Assembly: GCA_024650005.2 (NCBI GenBank)
Contig: CP122380.1
Span: 1,952,001-2,016,000, forward strand
Direction: 5' to 3'
DNA: 64,000 nucleotides
Origin: Candidatus Bathyarchaeum tardum
Lineage (GTDB): Archaea; Thermoproteota; Bathyarchaeia; Bathyarchaeales; Bathyarchaeaceae
Positions 40,616 through 49,666 of this stretch are shown piece after piece. Position numbers and translations under genes: made by a program. Below the pieces are notes generated by a model. It searched no databases. It was not told the DNA's origin and saw nothing but the letters and a program-made list of their open reading frames with translations. Each line of letters starts with the position of its first letter. The first letter of the stretch is position 1.

Positions 40616-40730
40616 TTGTATTTTCACCAATTATTTTTCATTTTTTCAAAGAGATGGAATAAGCAGTAAAAATGCTTCATTCCTTCTACAGAAATGTCAA
40701 AATCAAAGAGCAACATTTAATGGTTTGAGT

Positions 40731-40743
40731 GTCCCATTAGGAC
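40731..40743. promoter_or_regulatory. Palindrome between the divergent PQQ and TrmB promoters
   Basis: GTCC-catta-GGAC between two TATA-like boxes. Confidence 0.35.
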
Positions 40744-40797
40744 GAAAAGGTTGAAATATTTAAGCTAAAACGTACAAAAACTAAAATCTTTAAAGAA

Positions 40798-41598
40798 GTG
40801 AAAAAGTTGAACAATCCACGAAATGAAGTTCAAACAATGACAAAATTAGGACTTACAAGCAGGCAAGCCATAGTTTACCTTTGGTTAACTAAATCAGGCA
40901 TAGCACCCATCAAAACTATTTCAAGAGGTACAAAAATTGCCCGACAGCACATTTACAAAATAACAGAAAACCTCAACCAAATAGGGTTAGTTGAAAAAAT
41001 TTTAGACGCCCCAACAAAATTCAAGGCAACCCCAATAGAGATTGGAATCTCGATTTTAATGGAGAATAAAAATACAGAATTCACCAACCTGAAAACAGAA
41101 ACCACAGACTTGATTAAAAGCGTCAAAAAACAAACAATAACAAGTTCGGTCCAAGATGAAAAACCAGAATTTGTTGTTGTTTCTGGAAAAGCGCTGACTT
41201 TATCGAAGTTACATCAAGGATTAGGTGAAAGCCAAAAAGCAATAGACGGAATTGGGGCATGGATTAGAATAAAAAAAGCATTTTACAATAACTATGCAAA
41301 CATCAAAAAGTCTTTGGACAAAGGCATCCAAATTCGCCAGATTATAGATACACCTCCAGACAAAGAGCAATTTAAAAATGAACTCAAAGAGATATTAGAG
41401 CATCCATTATATTCAATCAAGTGTATTCCACCCCCGCCTCCAGCAATATTGTTTCTGCGTGATAAAAAAGAGGCAATGATTAGCAATTCAGTTGCCAGTC
41501 CAGAAGAAACTCCAGATTTATGGGTAAGTAACCAGCACTTAGTTACAATTCTTCAAGACTATTTTGAAATGATGTGGAACAAGGCAACCGAAATATAG
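40798..41598 (+). CDS. TrmB-family transcriptional regulator
   Basis: LGLTSRQAIVYL, IARQHIY, GLVEK...PTKFKATP; DKKEA...YFEMMW. Confidence 0.9.
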   Translation: MKKLNNPRNEVQTMTKLGLTSRQAIVYLWLTKSGIAPIKTISRGTKIARQHIYKITENLNQIGLVEKILDAPTKFKATPIEIGISILMENKNTEFTNLKTETTDLIKSVKKQTITSSVQDEKPEFVVVSGKALTLSKLHQGLGESQKAIDGIGAWIRIKKAFYNNYANIKKSLDKGIQIRQIIDTPPDKEQFKNELKEILEHPLYSIKCIPPPPPAILFLRDKKEAMISNSVASPEETPDLWVSNQHLVTILQDYFEMMWNKATEI

Positions 41599-41901
41599 AC
41601 AAAACAATTAGGCACTAAGACTTGAACAAAGTCGTCAGGTATGTTGACCCTCAAGGTAAAAACATAGTTTTAGGGGATGAAAACATAAGATACATGAACA
41701 GGGAGCCGTAGATATTTAATAATCTTTAAGTTGTTTTTTACTGTTTTCAATTGACAGTTGATTTTTTCGATAGGAATCATTTTTGTTAAAAACATAAAAA
41801 TAATGGTACTTTTTGAAAAGGCAAACAATAGCGCTCCGACTTCAAATGAAATCATAGCTTAAGACAGGGTTTATAAGTGGTGCTGAGAATATATTTTAAT
41901 G

Positions 41902-42037
41902 TGAGCGGGGGAGCACGCTTAGAACCTTTTTGCGTTCTAACAACGAGCGAACCAATCCAAAAGGCGAAAGATTGGGAAACGACAAAAACGTTGTTTTATA
42001 CGGGCCAAACAAAAAATCAAGGCTTAGACCCCGCTTG
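41902..42037 (+). ncRNA. Candidate multi-branched structured RNA upstream of dodecin
   Basis: UGAGCGGGG/CCCCGCUUG closing helix, three to four internal hairpins, TTTATAA about 25 nt upstream. Confidence 0.5.
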
Positions 42038-42071
42038 ATAATTATATTTTGTTAATATACGAGGTGAAAAA

Positions 42072-42284
42072 ATGACCATTATTAAAGTAATTGAGCTAGT
42101 TGGAGTTTCAGATAAAAACTGGCAAGATGCTGTTGACAATGCTATTGAACGAGCAGCAAAAACAATTAGAAACATACAAGGCGTAGATGTTCTAAGCTGG
42201 ACTGGGCATGTAGAAAACGGAAAGATTGTTGAGTATCGAACAAATGTCAAAATTGCTTTTGCTGTTGACAAAGTGTCTTGCTAA
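42072..42284 (+). CDS. Dodecin family flavin-binding protein
   Basis: KVIELVGVS..NWQDAVDNAI, GKIVEYRTNVKIAF; SD GAGGTGA. Confidence 0.92.
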   Translation: MTIIKVIELVGVSDKNWQDAVDNAIERAAKTIRNIQGVDVLSWTGHVENGKIVEYRTNVKIAFAVDKVSC

Positions 42285-42365
42285 GTGCAAGAATTTGAGT
42301 GATCATCCCTTGTTCGATAATCCTATTAAGAAGATAGAACATGTGTTTTATGGGGGCAAATAATT

Positions 42366-42581
42366 TTGATTATTAAAGAAGATAATGGGAATTGGCTTGC
42401 AAAATGTGATCTTTGCCAATGGAAAACTTTACAACCAAAAAGAAGTCAGGCACAGAACAAATTGTCGAACCATATTAACAAGGTACACAAAAAAGGAATC
42501 AAAACAATTGATCAACAAAAAGTACCGAATTCACCAGCAAAGATGCCACCAAACCTTCCTGCACCAATCAAAGAGAATTAA
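42366..42581 (+). CDS. Small C2H2 Zn-finger protein
   Basis: CDLC-x15-HINKVH; Pro-rich tail. Confidence 0.65.
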   Translation: MIIKEDNGNWLAKCDLCQWKTLQPKRSQAQNKLSNHINKVHKKGIKTIDQQKVPNSPAKMPPNLPAPIKEN

Positions 42582-42723
42582 TAATTGATCTCAAAATTCT
42601 CTTTTCTAAATAATTCTTTTGTGTTTCAGTTTTTTGTTTTAAGCCTCTAATTAAATGAGGGAAAATATTGAGTTCTATTTTTATAAAAAAATATTATATG
42701 CGGGTCATAACATACGACATGTC

Positions 42724-43167
42724 ATGAATAATAAAGATGAACAGATTTTGCAGGTGTTAGAAAAAAATGCAAAATTGTCTAGTAGATCTATTGCACAGAA
42801 AATTGGATTACCAATCTCAACAGTCCATAGACGGATAAGGAAGTTAGAACAAGAAAAAATCATCAAGGGTTATAGAGCAAATATTGAATATGAAAAAACC
42901 AATAGACCGATAGGGGCATATCTTTTTGTTAATATATCTGAAACTACGCCTAACACTGACCGTGTTCCAAAATCTAAAATTGTGGATAGTCTTCTAAAAA
43001 ATACAGAGGTACACGAATTAGCTGACGTTCAGGGGGCCAATTTTGATCTAATATTGAAATGTAGATTTGAAACACTTAAAGCGTTATCCTCTTTTATTGA
43101 AAAATTAAGAGGTCAAAGAGGGGTTGAAGAGCTTTTTTCTTCAATAATAACAGATGAAATAGTTTAG
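42724..43167 (+). CDS. Lrp/AsnC-family regulator
   Basis: DEQILQVL, IAQKIGLPISTVHRRIRKLE, GANFDLIL. Confidence 0.92.
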   Translation: MNNKDEQILQVLEKNAKLSSRSIAQKIGLPISTVHRRIRKLEQEKIIKGYRANIEYEKTNRPIGAYLFVNISETTPNTDRVPKSKIVDSLLKNTEVHELADVQGANFDLILKCRFETLKALSSFIEKLRGQRGVEELFSSIITDEIV

Positions 43168-43288
43168 AACAAAAACTTTTTCAAAAGTTTAAATTTTTTT
43201 CTCACAAAATGACACATTTTTGCCATTTTTTGGTAGAAATGTACATATGGTCTAGCAATAAATTTAACAATTTAATGGAGCAACAAAA

Positions 43289-43477
43289 ATGAAACTTAAT
43301 GTAAAACACATCTGGGTATTTGCTTTTATTTCAGACATGCTTGCAATTTATTTTGCTTTTAACCAAGAACTAATAGGTGTTATTGGGTTTACAAGTTTAT
43401 ATATTGCATTGCTAGCAAGCACAAAATGGGTAAACATTGAAAAAACACGTAACAATTTGGAAGCAGTGATGGGTTGA
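43289..43477 (+). CDS. Small two-TM hypothetical protein
   Basis: SD GGAG; two hydrophobic segments. Confidence 0.6.
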   Translation: MKLNVKHIWVFAFISDMLAIYFAFNQELIGVIGFTSLYIALLASTKWVNIEKTRNNLEAVMG

Positions 43478-43606
43478 AATTCATAAACAGATATGAAATC
43501 GACACAAAACCAACTTTTTTTAAGGTAAACTACCTTACGAAATCATGAAGTGAAACCGTTTATATTTACCATAACTATAAATTGTTTATAGAAGAAGGGG
43601 GATAAT

Positions 43607-43912
43607 TTGACAGCAAAGAAAATAAATTTTAAAGGAAGACTCGAAGCAGATAACTTGATTTTTCAAAAAGACACTTGTTTTCCTGAGACTTACAAAATCT
43701 TTTTTCCTTTAGATTCAACTCCTGATTCCAAATGGGAAAAATGTTTTGATAGAGTGGCTCGTATTAATGAAGCCTATTTGGGTCGAAGCATTTCAATTAG
43801 TGGAGATAATTTAGTAATTATTGCACCACTTGATGAATTAGACAGACAAATGTTTGAAAAATTGCAGGAAATTATGGACGACACCAATCGTTGTGTTGAA
43901 GAACAAGGCTAG
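43607..43912 (+). CDS. Hypothetical protein
   Basis: TATA TTTATAT and purine-rich RBS; FPLDSTPDSKWEKCF. Confidence 0.65.
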   Translation: MTAKKINFKGRLEADNLIFQKDTCFPETYKIFFPLDSTPDSKWEKCFDRVARINEAYLGRSISISGDNLVIIAPLDELDRQMFEKLQEIMDDTNRCVEEQG

Positions 43913-43948
43913 AAAATGAGATTATAGTTAAATTGTGTATGTTTCAGA

Positions 43949-44284
43949 TTAAAAATAACAACAACCGTGTTCTTTTAACATTTTGAACATATCTTTTTGA
44001 TCCTCTGATGTGACGTCAAAACTTTCAACTAATTCATTTATTAGTTTGTTTAGGATGGATTCTGCTTCAATTAATTTTTCGGCCAAATAAATTTGATTTT
44101 CTCCCATTTGAATTTGTTTTAAAATGACATGAATGGCTTTTCCAAAAGTATACCACCCTATTTTGAAACCATATTTGTTAAACAAATCTAATTGTTCAAA
44201 ATCTTCTATAGGAGTTAAGTTTTCAAGTTGAAGATCTAAGCCATTTTTTGATGCAACCAGTAATCCACTAGTCATAATCATCAC
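43949..44284 (-). CDS. Hypothetical protein
   Basis: 111-codon ORF with no recognised motif. Confidence 0.5.
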   Translation of the reverse strand: MMIMTSGLLVASKNGLDLQLENLTPIEDFEQLDLFNKYGFKIGWYTFGKAIHVILKQIQMGENQIYLAEKLIEAESILNKLINELVESFDVTSEDQKDMFKMLKEHGCCYF

Positions 44285-44394
44285 ATTAGCTAGAATAGAA
44301 TTTGTATATTGTTACTATTAAAGAGCTTACTGAAAAATTTTGTACAACCTAAAAAACTTTAGTCTTAATTTTTCTTAGAAAGACACCTAAGTTT

Positions 44395-44563
44395 TTAACT
44401 AATTTTTTCTCCTCCACCATAAGTAAAAGACAACTCAAAACATTTCGGGCATTTTAACATATCCCTTCGGTGGTGATCCGTAAATCTTTTCCCCCAAATG
44501 TTCTGTATCGCATTTTGGTGGAAACTTGTGAACTTTCTTATCTTTAACACAATATTTGCCCAA
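44395..44563 (-). pseudogene. Small putative Zn-binding protein with a frameshift
   Basis: SD GAGGGG then TTG; MGKYCVKDKKVHKFPPKC...GYVK; removing one A restores CPKCFELSFTYGGGEKIS*. Confidence 0.45.
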
Positions 44564-44905
44564 ATGTTCTCCCCTCGCTTAAAAATGGTTTTCCTTATTT
44601 TTCAATTTTTCGTAAGCAATAAAATACATTTGGTTTCTTTATGGCATCGTTAAACAATTCACAGTTCATTAAAATAGTAATTAGACGAGAATAGGTTTTG
44701 GGTTTGTGATAAATTATTCAGCATTGCAGTAATAATCTGACAATCCAAACATGCCTAAACAACAGTTTTATTAACCCCTATCCGAATTACTAGAATCCAA
44801 TAAATTAGGTATATTAGACAAAAAAGTATGTATAATAAAGGTCCACACATTTGTCAATGTATACTTAATAATCTCAAAAAGAATTTAGAGTATGAGGAAA
44901 AGAGG

Positions 44906-45205
44906 ATGCCAGTAAAACGAAAATCCAGAGGCAGAGCAAAAGGAAGCAAAGGAAAAGGATCACTTGTTCAATGTCAAGGGTGTGGACAGCAAGTGCCACG
45001 TGACAAAGCAAAACGTGTTTCCCGAAGAGTTTCGTTAGTTGACTCTCTACTCTACAAGGAACTTAAACAACAAGGCACATACATTGCCAGCAGCCAAGAA
45101 ACAAAATTCTATTGCATCTCATGTGCAGTACACCGTGGAGTAGTCAAAGTACGCAACAAAGACGAACGCCGATCAGGTCCTCCAAAAAGACCCAGACGCA
45201 GATAA
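44906..45205 (+). CDS. rps26e: 30S ribosomal protein S26e
   Basis: MPVKRKSRGR, CQGCG..VPRDKA, YCISCAVHRGVVKVR. Confidence 0.96.
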   Translation: MPVKRKSRGRAKGSKGKGSLVQCQGCGQQVPRDKAKRVSRRVSLVDSLLYKELKQQGTYIASSQETKFYCISCAVHRGVVKVRNKDERRSGPPKRPRRR

Positions 45206-45229
45206 ACAATTTCTTTCTTCTTTTAATTT

Positions 45230-45820
45230 TTATTTTGCCGCTTTGCGGAAATAGTTCACCCGCTGTAAAACTGTAAAGTTTGTTAATACAGCAAGGATTA
45301 GGATACTCCAGTTTAATGCATCAATCCAGAAATAGCTAACAAAGCTTGCTAACCCAACTAAAACTATACGTTCTGCACGTTCTGCTAAGCCTACAGACTC
45401 CATTTTTACTTCAGCTGCTTCTGAACGTGCCCGAGCATAGCTAACCATCATGGAACCCACCAAAGCAGCAAGACCCCAAGCAATATTGGTCAAGCCCCCA
45501 ACGATAATTCCGCACAGAACAATAGCGTCAGCATATCGGTCAAGCATAGAATCAAAAAATGCACCAAAGGTTGTTGCTTTTCCGTGGACTCGAGCGATTA
45601 CTCCGTCCACGGCATCAAATAATCCAGAGACTAGCATTAGAACAGGGGCAAGTATCAAAAATGTTCGATTAACATGCCATTGAGAATAAACCACGCCAGC
45701 GAGTATAGAAAAACTGATTCCCAAGATGCTAACGTGATTAGGAGTTAAACCTAAACTGTGAAACGTATTCGCAGTTGAAGTCAAGGCGGTTTGGACTTGT
45801 TTTTTTAGTTTTGTAAGCAC
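45230..45820 (-). CDS. CDP-alcohol phosphatidyltransferase (archaetidylinositol phosphate synthase-like)
   Basis: TPNHVS, DAVDGVIAR...GAFFDSMLDRYAD, SYARARSE, ERAER. Confidence 0.92.
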   Translation of the reverse strand: MLTKLKKQVQTALTSTANTFHSLGLTPNHVSILGISFSILAGVVYSQWHVNRTFLILAPVLMLVSGLFDAVDGVIARVHGKATTFGAFFDSMLDRYADAIVLCGIIVGGLTNIAWGLAALVGSMMVSYARARSEAAEVKMESVGLAERAERIVLVGLASFVSYFWIDALNWSILILAVLTNFTVLQRVNYFRKAAK

Positions 45821-45912
45821 GGTTTATATTCCACACTTAATTGTTCAAGTTAACAGTAACGGCTAATGGTTTCTTAGATTTACGGTCAACCCAGATTAAA
45901 CAGCTTTGGTAA

Positions 45913-47367
45913 CTAATAAGCCGAAGCAACCCGCACAACGTTTTCAGCGGATTCGTCACAAATGACACATTTACCATCAATCTTTTCATTGATATCTTCA
46001 GGGATTCCCAGCAGCCGAGCGTCAACTTCTTCTTCTAGCTTATGACCGCATTCCTCTTTGCCACACCATGGAACTTCAACTATGCCGGTTTTGCGTTTCA
46101 ATAAACTTTTGGCTTCAGTAAGTCGACTTACACGATAAATGTGCTGTTTCATCAAAGCCGCAGCGCTTGTTTTCAAGTCTGCTGTGACTGTTTCTGCCAA
46201 AAAGTGGACACCAGAAACAACTTCATCCATTTTTAGTTGCTGTTTCTTCAAGGTGTCTCGCCTAACAACCGTAACAACACCATTAGCCAAATCCCGTGGA
46301 CCAATTTCGATGCGAATAGGCACTCCACGAAGTTCCCAGTAATAGAACTTGTTTCCAGGAGTCAACTCGTTTCTGTTGTCTAACTCCACGCGGTAACCTG
46401 CATTTTTCAAAATTTCAGCAACTTGGGCACAGGCTTGCTTGACTTCTGTTTCCTGTCCTTTGTAAGGAACCGGAACCACAACCACCTGCACGGGAGCAAT
46501 TTCAGGAGGCAAAACAATACCATTATCGTCTCCATGGGCGATGAAAATTGCAGCGATTCCTCGTCCAGAAATGCCGTAACTGGTGGTCCAGATGTATTGT
46601 TGATCTCCGTCTTTGGTTTCATATTTTATGTCGAAAGCTTTGCCAAAGTTTTGTCCAAGATTGTGCACAGTTCCAATTTGCAAAACTCTACCATCGGGAC
46701 ATAACAAATCAAACGCTAAAGTGTAAAGGGCACCTGCAAACTTGTCCCAGTCAGGGCGTTTAGAAAGCACGTAAGGAACTCCCACAGAATCAAAAAATTG
46801 TTTGTACAATTCGATAGCTTGCCGGACTTGTTGTTCGGCTTCTTCGCCGTCAGCGTGGCAGGTATGGGCTTCTTTGAAGGTAGCAACTTCCCGCATTCTG
46901 ATTATTGGACGGGTTGCTTTGGTTTCGTATCGGAAAACGTTCACAACTTGGTAAAGTTTCATGGGCAAATCTACATGGGAACGTATCCAAAGCTTGAGCA
47001 TAGGAGCAATAACAGTTTCACTGGTAGGTCGTAACGCGAACCGGACCTTAAGTGGCTCGTACCCCCCATGAGTGACCCAGAAGCATTCCCCTTCAAAACT
47101 TTTTATGTGATCGGCTTCTTGAGCCAAAGAAGTCTCAGGAATAAGTAAAGGAAACAAGGTTTCGTCATGCCCAGTGTTATCTAGCAGGTCGCGCAGGATT
47201 TGGAGAGTGTTTTTTCGTATCTTAAACCCGTAAGGCATCCAAACTCCTGAACCCTTAACAGGATAGCGATAATCCATTATTCCCGCATTAATCAGAACAT
47301 CACGGAACCATTCACCAAAATCTTCACGCCATTTTTGTCGTTTCACAGGCAAACCGTACACCCTCAA
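45913..47367 (-). CDS. proS: Prolyl-tRNA synthetase, archaeal/eukaryal type
   Basis: LRPTSET, FRYE, HNLGQNF, LPPEIAP, C-terminal Zn site and terminal Tyr. Confidence 0.97.
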   Translation of the reverse strand: MRVYGLPVKRQKWREDFGEWFRDVLINAGIMDYRYPVKGSGVWMPYGFKIRKNTLQILRDLLDNTGHDETLFPLLIPETSLAQEADHIKSFEGECFWVTHGGYEPLKVRFALRPTSETVIAPMLKLWIRSHVDLPMKLYQVVNVFRYETKATRPIIRMREVATFKEAHTCHADGEEAEQQVRQAIELYKQFFDSVGVPYVLSKRPDWDKFAGALYTLAFDLLCPDGRVLQIGTVHNLGQNFGKAFDIKYETKDGDQQYIWTTSYGISGRGIAAIFIAHGDDNGIVLPPEIAPVQVVVVPVPYKGQETEVKQACAQVAEILKNAGYRVELDNRNELTPGNKFYYWELRGVPIRIEIGPRDLANGVVTVVRRDTLKKQQLKMDEVVSGVHFLAETVTADLKTSAAALMKQHIYRVSRLTEAKSLLKRKTGIVEVPWCGKEECGHKLEEEVDARLLGIPEDINEKIDGKCVICDESAENVVRVASAY

Positions 47368-47493
47368 ACTTCACAACATTAACGACCCATAATAAAAAAC
47401 TGTAAGATATTTATGTTATTCAACCAGCACAATACGCAAAAACAGTTACAAGATTGATTTAAAGCCAGCGTTCAACAAACATACAAAAATCAA

Positions 47494-47543
47494 GTCAAAA
47501 AATGTTGACCAAACAAAACATCTGATGGTCAAGAAAGTTTGAC
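47494..47543. promoter_or_regulatory. Tandem palindromic operators GTCAA-N6-TTGAC
   Basis: 47494-47509 and 47528-47543, upstream of the NosD-like gene. Confidence 0.55.
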
Positions 47544-47590
47544 AAAAATCCTTTTACTTTTTCAGGTATTAGATGTAATTCGGTATTACA

Positions 47591-49276
47591 ATGCAGAAAA
47601 TATTTGGTATTCTAGTTTTGTTACTTCTTAACTCATGTCTGTTTTCTGTTCTGCCAAGTGTAAATTCTGTTGAATCAGAACAGTCAATTATAATCAAATC
47701 AGATGGTTCAATCACAGGAACAGATAAGATTGAACATGATGGCGACTATTACTATTTAACAGATGACATTAATGTTTCCAATTTTACTCTTGGAATTTTC
47801 GCAGGAATTACAGTTCAAAGAGACAACATTATCCTTGATGGAAAGGGTTTCAGCATTCAAAATAATGCCTCGTTTTCTTCAGGCATTGACCTTTCTGGGC
47901 GATCAAATGTAACTCTGCAGAATTTGAACATTATAGGTTTTTGTATTGGACTTTATATGTTCGATGGAACCTCAAACAACATAATTGTTGAAAACACAAT
48001 AATCGGTCCCAGTGACCAAAGTTTCCAAATTGGCATTTGGCTTCAAGGTTCAACTAACGATAAACTGATAAACAACACAGTGAAAGGATACAACGAATTT
48101 GGTGTTTACCTTTATTTAACAAGTAATTGTTACATTTCTGGCAACGTAGTAACTGACAACAAAATTGGAATTAGTGTTGAATACTCTACAGGCAACATAT
48201 TTCGTGACAACCAAATATATGGAAATACAGAAAATTTCTTAGTTGCCTTCAAAGACTTTGAAGATGTTGTTCATGACGCTGACGACTCAAACATTGTCAA
48301 CGGCAAACCCATCTATTATTGGGTGAATAAACATAACATATCAGTTCCGTTTGATGCGGGTTTTGTAGCGTTAATAAACTGTTCAGGAATATCTGTTCAA
48401 AACTTAGAAATCTCGAACAATGGTGTTGGAATCCTTTGTTATTCAACAACTGGTTCGGCGATAAAAAATAATACGTTCGAACTCAACGGCAACACAATTG
48501 AAATAAGAAACTCTCAAAACATCACAGTTTCGTTCAACACAATAAATGGCAGCATACATTCAGGGATTCGGCTTGCAAGTTCATACAACATTCAAATTTT
48601 CGAAAACATGTTAGTTAACAATGCTTTTGGAATCACACTATCTGGATACAACTATCAACACACTGGTTATGAGGGCTCAAACAATGTATCAATACGGTGC
48701 AACAATTTTACCGGAAATACCCCTGCAATTGATGTCAGCCGATCCAACAATAATATCATATCTGGAAATAACTTCACAGATAACGGTTCTGCAGGAATTA
48801 GATTAGTTAATTGTCAAGAAAATTTAGTAGTGAACAATACATTTACGGCAAACCTTGCACCTGCAGTTTACTTGTCAGGAGCCACCAACAACATTTTTTA
48901 TCATAACAACTTCATCAATAATAGAACAGAAGGTCTTTCAATTTCTAACCCTTGGTTTTGGGGGTCGGGAGAATCTGAAAGTAATAATTGGGATAACGGA
49001 TATGAAGGAAATTATTGGAGCGACCATTCTACAAGATATCCGAATGCAACAGAATTAGATAATTCAAGCATATGGAACACACCATTTGTTATTAACGAAG
49101 TAAACATTGACCACTTCCCCTTAACAGACCCTGTTGAAATCGAATTAGTAACAATCCCAGAATTTGAGTCATACATAATGTTATTGATAATCGGAACTGC
49201 AACATTTGTAATTACTGTACTTGTAATTATTATATATAGAAAAAAAATAGATAATAGCGTAAAACAACAAAATTGA
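47591..49276 (+). CDS. Secreted NosD-like right-handed beta-helix protein with a PEF-type C-terminal sorting signal
   Basis: Asn-rich repeats, NGKPIYYW, NNWDNGYEGNYWSD, IPEF then TM and RKK. Confidence 0.87.
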   Translation: MQKIFGILVLLLLNSCLFSVLPSVNSVESEQSIIIKSDGSITGTDKIEHDGDYYYLTDDINVSNFTLGIFAGITVQRDNIILDGKGFSIQNNASFSSGIDLSGRSNVTLQNLNIIGFCIGLYMFDGTSNNIIVENTIIGPSDQSFQIGIWLQGSTNDKLINNTVKGYNEFGVYLYLTSNCYISGNVVTDNKIGISVEYSTGNIFRDNQIYGNTENFLVAFKDFEDVVHDADDSNIVNGKPIYYWVNKHNISVPFDAGFVALINCSGISVQNLEISNNGVGILCYSTTGSAIKNNTFELNGNTIEIRNSQNITVSFNTINGSIHSGIRLASSYNIQIFENMLVNNAFGITLSGYNYQHTGYEGSNNVSIRCNNFTGNTPAIDVSRSNNNIISGNNFTDNGSAGIRLVNCQENLVVNNTFTANLAPAVYLSGATNNIFYHNNFINNRTEGLSISNPWFWGSGESESNNWDNGYEGNYWSDHSTRYPNATELDNSSIWNTPFVINEVNIDHFPLTDPVEIELVTIPEFESYIMLLIIGTATFVITVLVIIIYRKKIDNSVKQQN

Positions 49277-49666
49277 AAAATATATACGAAGCTCAAAGGT
49301 CCACACGTTTGTGCAGTATATATGGAGGTTAACAGAAGGAGAATATCGAAACGACCTATTTTTTGAAATTGTTCTGCACTACACACTTTTAGATTCAAAA
49401 GTTCACTCTTGCATTGGTAAATTTTGTTCTAAGATTTGTTGATCATTATAGTTTTGGTTTTGTTTGGTTACAGCCACAATTTTTTTGTTGTTTTGTGAAT
49501 CAAGTTGAGAGGGAATATTTTATTGAGTTATTTTTTGACATTTTTATGTTAATTTGCCACGGTTATTGTAAAAAATGCCATTGAAAGTTAACGCGTCAAT
49601 GTAGACTATTTAGGCAAAATTTATATTATCGCATTTAAGTTGCTATTGGAATTACGGTGAAATATC

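Noticed and set aside
41902-42037. FMN, lysine or c-di-GMP-I riboswitch
   Set aside because: Only superficial resemblance; the conserved core nucleotides are not present. Kept as an unknown RNA.
44837-49312. 17/18-nt direct repeat AAAGGTCCACAC.TTTGT as att sites
   Set aside because: Flanks core genes (rps26e, proS) and is within chance expectation.
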